DNA of 35,564 nucleotides from Chthoniobacteraceae bacterium (GTDB taxonomy: Bacteria; Verrucomicrobiota; Verrucomicrobiia; Chthoniobacterales; Chthoniobacteraceae), in assembly GCA_031409335.1 (NCBI GenBank), contig JANNWY010000226.1:1-35564 (forward strand). Reading direction: 5' to 3'. The notes beneath the pieces are model-generated. The model had not been told where the DNA came from. It was given only the letters and a program-made list of their open reading frames with translations, and did no database searches. Both the position numbers and the translations under genes were made by a program. Position 1 is the stretch's first letter. The number at the start of each line of letters is the position of its first letter. Of this stretch, positions 26,901 through 32,374 are shown in pieces.

Positions 26901-29900
26901 TTCAGCCGAAGTGGCTCCACCCGGCAACAGCGTAGTTTGCTCCGCGCCAAACGTGAGTCGGAATGCACTGTTGAAAACGAGCGCGCCATTGCGTTGCAGC
27001 AACACTTCGGTCTCGCCTCCGTTCACATACACATTCGTAACTGTCTCAGCAAAGGTGGGGACAGTTCCCCTCCCGGCCACGATCGCCGCGATCGAATCCG
27101 CGCTCACCAAATTGACGCTCCCCGCCAGCCCCGCGCGAAGTCCGCCAGTGCCACCCGCGCCGACGAACACACCGCCCATGCGGCTGTAGCCAAACGCCTC
27201 GCCAGTCCGCACGCCGATATCGTGATCTTCAACCCGGACATCGACGATCGTGCCGCCGAGCCCGCCGAAGGTGCGCGCATTGCCGCCGTCGCCAGCGCCG
27301 ATGCTTCGCACGATGGTCGCATCATCGAGGTCACTGATGCCCACAGTCCGAACCCCGCCGCCGCTGCCGCCACTCTTCGCTTTCGGCGAATCTCCCGCAT
27401 CTCCCGCCTGAATCGTAACCACAATGCCTGCCCCGCCACCGCGCGACAGCGAGATATCCGAAATCGAGCCCCCGGCACCGGACTTTGTGACCTCGGGTCC
27501 ACCTCCCCCGTGGCCCGCAAGGATGCTCGTTGGCAGATTTGCCGCAGACCCCACAGCGCCGTTGATGCCACTGATCGAGCCGCCGCGCCCCGCGAACCCG
27601 CGCTCGCCGGAACCGTTGCCTGCCTGGACTAGGATCGTCCCCGCTGGCGTTGGTAAAAGCAGTTCAGCCGTACTTCCAAACGTCACGTCCCGGATGTTTC
27701 CACCGCTGCCGCCATGCGAACCGTCTCCGGCGATCACGGTGATGTTTTGATTTCCACGAACTCCCACCAGCAGGCTCGGAATCGGAACGCCATCGACTAT
27801 CACGGGACGGGGATCTCCAGTGATGTTGCCACCATTTGCCGGACGGCTTCCCGCCGCACCTGCGTCACCGGCAATGATGGTCCCCGATCCTCTGAACGCG
27901 AAAACGCCGCTCGACAGGATGGATCCACCAGCGCCCGCGGCTCCCCCAACGACACTTGGCGCCGACTGGGCAACTTGGCCATTGCCACCGACACCGGCGG
28001 TCAGCGTGGCGTCCCCGACGGCATTCAAACTGACATTGACCGCTCCTCCGCCCGCTCCGCCGATCTTCGCGCTGCCGCTTCCGTTACCGCCTTTCCCAGC
28101 CGCGACGATGCTTGAAACATCGACGCCATTGACCTGGCTTACTGACACAAAATTAAAAGTTCGATAGCCGCCTCCGACTCCCCCATTCCCGTTCCGTTCC
28201 GCACTGCCTCCATCGCCCGCAGTCGCGACGAGATTCATCGCGTGTGAAGAAATATCCACCACGGAATAGTTGCCACCGACCCCGCCTCCGCGCGTGCCGT
28301 CGCCGCCCTTGCCAGTCCGCAATTCCGCAATTCCCTCGATGATCGCCTCGTCGCCATCCAAATCCGTGATCGCAAGGTTGATCACGCTTCCCCCGCGCCC
28401 GCCCACTCCGCCGACCCCGCGTCCACCGTTGGCGGCAATTCCCGAGTTGATGAGCAACGCTTCCAAATCCGACTGCGTGGCCTTCACTCCGTCGATTCCG
28501 CCGCCAGCGCCACCGTTCCCGGCAGAGCCGTTACCGCCGCGACCCGCGTTGACGACTAAATTGCGGCTGAGAATGAATTCATCAGGGAGAATTGTGAAGT
28601 TTTTCACAGTTCCGCCCACCCCACCGATCCGACCGTCAGAGCCGTCACCAGCGATGACCTGAAGGTCAAAGCCCAGCAAATCAATGTTTGCGAGCGAACC
28701 GCCCGCCGCACCGCGTGAGTTTCCAACGGTCGCACCGCCGTTTCCAGCGAGGACGAGAATGTCGCTGTCGGCAGACAGAATCTGATTCGTGATTCCGATG
28801 TTTCCAACTGAGCCGCCAGCGCCAGCACGGCCTCCCGGCGACAGGCTCGATCCGCCCAATCCACCAAAGACAAATACTTCCTCGCCAGCCACATCCGGCG
28901 TCCGCACGCGAACCAACGCCGTGTTAATGGCCCCACCTGCGCCAGCAATTTTCCCCGCGCCACCCGCTCCCGCCCCGATCACCACGCTATCCGAGCCCAA
29001 TTCACCGGATCGCACCACCAGCGAACCGACCGCTTCATATCCGACATAAACATTCGCGAGTCTGCCGCCTGCTCCGCCGATTCCGGTGTTCACTCCATCC
29101 CCGCCATCTCCCGCTTTCACGACCATCGCCAGCGGACTGTTCGCGCTGGGATCTGCCACGCCGGTGACGAATATGTTTCTGACCCCACCGCCGGTACCGC
29201 CGTTTGGCTGATTGACAGTGACATCCCCCAGCCCACCCGCGCCGGCGAGAAGCTGGAAGCCGTCAGTGTCGCCTGAGATTTGAATGTTGAGCAGCGCACC
29301 CCCAGCCGCTCCCGCACCACCGCGGCCCGCCTCCAGACGATCCGTTAGCGAAAAAATCAGCGCCTTCGTGATGGCCGCGCCGGGCTTGCCAGGACGCGCC
29401 GTCGAATTCGCGATTCCTTCACCGCCGGCGGAGTTCGTGAAAAAATCAAACGTCGTCCCGGCTGCCGCCGAGCCCGCCAGCACGTTGTCCACGTTTCGAG
29501 CGACCGTCAGCCCTTGAATGTCGCCCCCGCTCAAGATGTTCCCGCTCACACCGCCGCCGAGGATTCTCAAATCGCGAATCGCCTGCCGGAAGTTCACCAG
29601 CCCGTCCATCGAAACTATATCATCGCCCAGGGCCGCCGTGCCGCGCTCATTGAGATTCGTGACGATGTCGCCATTCACATTGCCAAGGATATCCACGGCC
29701 ACGTTCGCACCGAGCGAAAGGCCAGTCAGTTCATTGGAGTCAAATTCGTTGTTGCCATTGAGGTCCGTAAAATACGCAATCACGTTGCCGCGCCGGACGG
29801 CGATAAACGGCTTGTAGTTTCCCGAATCCGAAAATTGATCGACCTGATCGCCTGCCTTTAAGCGCAGATAATAGGTATTGTTCCCGTCCGCAGTCCGGAG

Positions 29901-30146
29901 CGGATCGACGGCCAGCGAAATCGGATCCAACGCCGTGCTCGTATTGACGAAAGAAATCGAGTTGAACGGATCGGGACGCGGGCCGCGGTTTGGATCGAAC
30001 GGATCGACAAACTCGCGATACTCCGTGTCAGTAATGTTCTCCTGCACACCCACCGCTCCGATCCGAATCGTCGCGGGCGCGATCCGCGCTTCGAGGGGTT
30101 CGATCAGTGAGCAAAGGGGAACGCGCTTGGTGTCGTGGGGATTCAT
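23994..30146 (-). CDS. Giant LEPRxLL-type (LEARIAPA) extracellular protein with PGRS-like Gly repeats and ~9 copies of an ~85-aa repeat
   Basis: IEPLEARIAPA leader, N-terminal domain shared with the neighbour, Gly-rich repeats, EVQxLDL..GxFxLTF..TT..L..NATxAxIxxALNAL..GGVTV..FxITF repeats. Start 30146 preferred over 30209 because a promoter motif lies between them. Confidence 0.88.
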   Translation of the reverse strand: MNPHDTKRVPLCSLIEPLEARIAPATIRIGAVGVQENITDTEYREFVDPFDPNRGPRPDPFNSISFVNTSTALDPISLAVDPLRTADGNNTYYLRLKAGDQVDQFSDSGNYKPFIAVRRGNVIAYFTDLNGNNEFDSNELTGLSLGANVAVDILGNVNGDIVTNLNERGTAALGDDIVSMDGLVNFRQAIRDLRILGGGVSGNILSGGDIQGLTVARNVDNVLAGSAAAGTTFDFFTNSAGGEGIANSTARPGKPGAAITKALIFSLTDRLEAGRGGAGAAGGALLNIQISGDTDGFQLLAGAGGLGDVTVNQPNGGTGGGVRNIFVTGVADPSANSPLAMVVKAGDGGDGVNTGIGGAGGRLANVYVGYEAVGSLVVRSGELGSDSVVIGAGAGGAGKIAGAGGAINTALVRVRTPDVAGEEVFVFGGLGGSSLSPGGRAGAGGSVGNIGITNQILSADSDILVLAGNGGATVGNSRGAAGGSLANIDLLGFDLQVIAGDGSDGRIGGVGGTVKNFTILPDEFILSRNLVVNAGRGGNGSAGNGGAGGGIDGVKATQSDLEALLINSGIAANGGRGVGGVGGRGGSVINLAITDLDGDEAIIEGIAELRTGKGGDGTRGGGVGGNYSVVDISSHAMNLVATAGDGGSAERNGNGGVGGGYRTFNFVSVSQVNGVDVSSIVAAGKGGNGSGSAKIGGAGGGAVNVSLNAVGDATLTAGVGGNGQVAQSAPSVVGGAAGAGGSILSSGVFAFRGSGTIIAGDAGAAGSRPANGGNITGDPRPVIVDGVPIPSLLVGVRGNQNITVIAGDGSHGGSGGNIRDVTFGSTAELLLPTPAGTILVQAGNGSGERGFAGRGGSISGINGAVGSAANLPTSILAGHGGGGPEVTKSGAGGSISDISLSRGGGAGIVVTIQAGDAGDSPKAKSGGSGGGVRTVGISDLDDATIVRSIGAGDGGNARTFGGLGGTIVDVRVEDHDIGVRTGEAFGYSRMGGVFVGAGGTGGLRAGLAGSVNLVSADSIAAIVAGRGTVPTFAETVTNVYVNGGETEVLLQRNGALVFNSAFRLTFGAEQTTLLPGGATSAEVKTALDGLAGIAAAGGVDVEVTPNGGYRVTFIQNGQRAAISGVEQVGADVAEQIKGETLLGTAAETISGRQVLPVTEFRSGQDPLVIVETVPGTSAYSTSEIGQADPLTMTNEVQQLDLRALAVSSTGRFDMSFGGDTTALLAGNISAAAIAAALNLLPSIVLIGGVTVAESVSLPRVFDITLLSGFDEAPILGNFYVQENQRLDLGTIAAFPTGSYVLTFLGDSTPNIPVTATTANVATALNALQSVVTAGGVTVTSPILGTFDIVFNTIQGKANFEAEGFVQELQVLNVGSFANVPAGQFTISFGDQTTASLPPNATPAQIQIALNALTGIQAVGNVVVTGGLQNTFSITFGNVGERVSLQAFGTRPEVQSLDLSRVTTVDTAEFTLHIDHFTKIDETIQGTSIPVPSTTVRNGVVTDLLTATVADGSPDPNGSPEEQFLDLAQLFAFAGPFGEFYLEFPQPNGAQPLRTTFLPALATAGQIDAALDLIVNGGVTVVPDATANQAFSITFTNNGNQQLITGIGGLRELQTLDTARIVPIVGGEIVLTLAPNSTVPLLGTANAAAIDAALDLLPTGALQNFPGVTVTPIAGQPNRYNVQINDFGDVEQITGAGGGPLNGETIRLDLSQFAAVANTTVALTFNSSTTAVLPVTADAAQIQTALNALPSILAIRTGNTGAVVVTTVSPNVFTIKFNIFGDQPDLSGLQTRGTGTTTRLPYNATPLQIEAALDAVSLADTTVANGVGTGFLGISFVEFNDQPAVTSVAFIHEKQKIDLYHVGSYQLSFNNENTGVLPANASQQQIQDALNALSTVQATGKTVAVRTNLDSSFSVVFGADNDQLPFGGVQFEDYSVTTGADGSGSVREIQFLTPIKKGEFNSLFYRAEARLLGAIADINEIDANVFKSFTDANANGVFDPGVDALHLGSFTLGDIPIDGLVMARRFDQINTNVTPEAKMTIAGFFDNDNLI

Positions 30147-30157
30147 GGCGATGGCGA

Positions 30158-30186
30158 TAGATACCGACCAAATAGATCGGTTGCAA
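30158..30186 (-). promoter_or_regulatory. Putative sigma70 promoter of the giant-protein operon, with an inverted repeat in the spacer
   Basis: Minus strand TTGCAA-17 nt-TATCTA, 11 nt before ATG 30146. ACCGA-N9-TCGGT at 30163-30181. AT-rich upstream tract to ~30245. Confidence 0.55.
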
Positions 30187-30576
30187 GTAATTTTATCAGA
30201 GCGAAACAACTATCTTTAGGGAAACGAATAGAAAAAATTTATCTCAACTGGAGCGGCGGATCGAATGGCTTGATTCCGATGTCTTTGCTCCTCCATCGGG
30301 TTGCGTCCTTTGGGGAAGCGATCGGTGGGGTTTGACCATGAGGGAAGCCGTGTATTTCAGCTTTCGCCGGGGCAGTCCAGCCTTAGTCATCAAAATAAAC
30401 AGGAATCGAAACGACTGCCGGGAAGCGACCACCATGATGTCGATAGAACGTGCCGGCAATCGGGTCCGCTTTTGGCTCGGAATCGCCACGGATCACGCGA
30501 GGACGACCCGATTGGGATGGCGGAAGACTGGCGGGGAAGCGGTGAGGCTGCGGCAATCCCACCACGGTCGCCGGAA

Positions 30577-30888
30577 CTACTGGACGCCGGCAGGCTGATT
30601 CTTCAGCCGCTTGGTCACGTCCAATTCGATCTGCCCGTAGCGGGCCTCGAAGTTTTGAATCGTCGCCGTCAAATGCAGGCACAGCCGTTTGGCGGCATCG
30701 TGGGAAAGGATGATGCGGCTGGTAAGCTTCAACGGCTCATCCAGGATCTGTCCGAAAAAATTCGGGTTCATGCCGAAATCGACGATCACTTCGTTGGGGG
30801 TCTGCGCGATGCGGCAAACATTCGCGTAGGTCGTTTGAATGTCGGTTGCATCGATTTGGGGAGCGGCGGGCTTGGTTTCTTCGGTCAT
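30577..30888 (-). CDS. DUF3467 family protein
   Basis: TTYANVCRI..TPNEVIVDFG...SRIILS...AKRL...L...IQNFEARYGQI matches the DUF3467 pattern as I recall it. Start at ATG 30888. Confidence 0.85.
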   Translation of the reverse strand: MTEETKPAAPQIDATDIQTTYANVCRIAQTPNEVIVDFGMNPNFFGQILDEPLKLTSRIILSHDAAKRLCLHLTATIQNFEARYGQIELDVTKRLKNQPAGVQ

Positions 30889-31002
30889 AGTTTTTTGAGT
30901 CTTGGGACGATTGGAGCGCGTCATTTAGCGAACCGCTCCAGCACGCGCAAACGAATTCTCCGCGCCTTCCATCCGAGCCTGCGCTATCTCCACCCGCACC
31001 GC

Positions 31003-31539
31003 ATGGAGACGACAAACGCACTGCTGCTCCGCAAGACCAAGCTGACCGAAACGAGCCTCATCGTGACGTGGTTCACGGCCTCGTTTGGACTCATCAAAAC
31101 CGTCGCGAAAGGCGCGCGCAATCCGAAGAGCAAATTCGCCGGCGCGCTCGATCTTTTTTTCGATTGCGAGATCCAGTTTTCGCGGAGCCGCCGGAGCGAA
31201 TTGCACATCCTGCGCGAGGCGATGCTCCGCGACGCGCACGCGGGTTTGCGGACGCAGCATGAACGCGTCGCGCTGGCCGCTTACTTCGTCGAATTGCTCG
31301 AACTCGTCACCGAAGCAAACCACCCGGCGCCGGAGCTTCACGATCTGCTCGGACGCGCGTTGGATTTTCTCAATGCCAATCCCGCGTCGCGCCGTCCGCT
31401 GCTGCATTTCGAGTCGGAACTCGTCCGCCTGCTCGGCATTCAAAACGCCAGCGTCACGCCTGCCGTCGCGATCGGGCGGGTCTATCACCGCCTGCCGTCA
31501 TCGCGGCCGCACCTCGTCCGCGCGCTGCCCGAGCGCTGA
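31003..31539 (+). CDS. recO: DNA repair protein RecO (short form)
   Basis: LLLRKTKLTETSLIVTWFT..FGLIKTVAKGAR.PKSKFAGALDLF, YFVELL, FESELVRLLG. True start is ATG 31003, not 30301. Confidence 0.92.
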   Translation: METTNALLLRKTKLTETSLIVTWFTASFGLIKTVAKGARNPKSKFAGALDLFFDCEIQFSRSRRSELHILREAMLRDAHAGLRTQHERVALAAYFVELLELVTEANHPAPELHDLLGRALDFLNANPASRRPLLHFESELVRLLGIQNASVTPAVAIGRVYHRLPSSRPHLVRALPER

Positions 31540-31542
31540 GGC

Positions 31543-31571
31543 TTGACGCCGCCGCCACCGGTCGAAACGCT
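31543..31571 (+). promoter_or_regulatory. Putative leaderless-type sigma70 promoter
   Basis: TTGACG-17 nt-AACGCT, 5 nt before ATG 31577. Confidence 0.45.
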
Positions 31572-31576
31572 CCGGA

Positions 31577-32365
31577 ATGCTTCCACTTGCCGGTCCGCGT
31601 TTTCCTGAGTCGATCGAAGAGCTTGTCGCCGCCCTGCGCGCGGGATTTGCCGGACGTGGGATTTCACCGCGCGATTTGGAGGCCGCGGGGGAATGGCCGC
31701 GCGTGAAAAAACTCTCCATCGACCTGACTGGCGCGCACATTTCCCGCGCGACTCCCCTGCCGAAAAAAAGCGCCGAAACGCGAAGCACGATCTTTGTCGA
31801 AAACCTCGCGCTATCCGCCGCGCCAATTTTTTTTGAAGACACTCCGGTTCACCTCTGCCTTCACGCGAACGAGCTGGAATGCGGAGTCGCGGGAGATTCG
31901 CCCGGCGAATCCTGCCTCCAAACGCTGAGCGCAAAAAGCGGCTCGGTCACGATCGAAGCACCGCGCGCCGACCTCGAAACGGCCCTCAAAAGAATCGCCC
32001 ACACCTTCCTCGCAAAACAGGGTGCCGAGGTGAAAGCCGCGCAACTCGAATTGCTGGAACGCAGCCCGCGGGTCCTCGCCTTTCGCGCCGAAATCACGGC
32101 GAAGGCATTCGTGATGACCGCGCGTGTGGAAGTGACCGGGCAACTGGAAATCGACGCGCAGCTCAATCTCCGCATCAGCAATCTCGCCACCACCGGACAA
32201 GGCATGATCGCGACCCTTGCCACCGGTTTTCTGCGTCCTCGTTTCACTGAGATCGAAAAGCGCAGGTTTCCACTCGCGACATACGCTTTCGCAGGGGTCG
32301 CGCCGCGCGATGTCCGCATGAGCGGCGGAAACGCCCTCCGGATCGAGGCTCAGTTCGGCGCTTGA
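31577..32365 (+). CDS. Hypothetical protein (beta-rich)
   Basis: 262-aa ORF with host-like codon usage that fills the recO-prc gap. No motif recognised with certainty. Confidence 0.75.
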   Translation: MLPLAGPRFPESIEELVAALRAGFAGRGISPRDLEAAGEWPRVKKLSIDLTGAHISRATPLPKKSAETRSTIFVENLALSAAPIFFEDTPVHLCLHANELECGVAGDSPGESCLQTLSAKSGSVTIEAPRADLETALKRIAHTFLAKQGAEVKAAQLELLERSPRVLAFRAEITAKAFVMTARVEVTGQLEIDAQLNLRISNLATTGQGMIATLATGFLRPRFTEIEKRRFPLATYAFAGVAPRDVRMSGGNALRIEAQFGA

Positions 32366-32374
32366 TCCCGCCGA

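Noticed and set aside
19119..30146. Calling the giants RTX toxins, autotransporters or true PE_PGRS proteins
   Set aside because: No GGxGxDxLx nonapeptides, no C-terminal beta-barrel and no PE domain.
30244..30598. Small ORFs in the spacer upstream of the giant operon
   Set aside because: Atypical composition, mutually overlapping, no recognisable motif; more likely regulatory DNA.
30301..31002. 234-aa N-terminal extension of RecO (412-aa ORF)
   Set aside because: It is largely the antisense shadow of the DUF3467 gene; RecO homology starts at ATG 31003.
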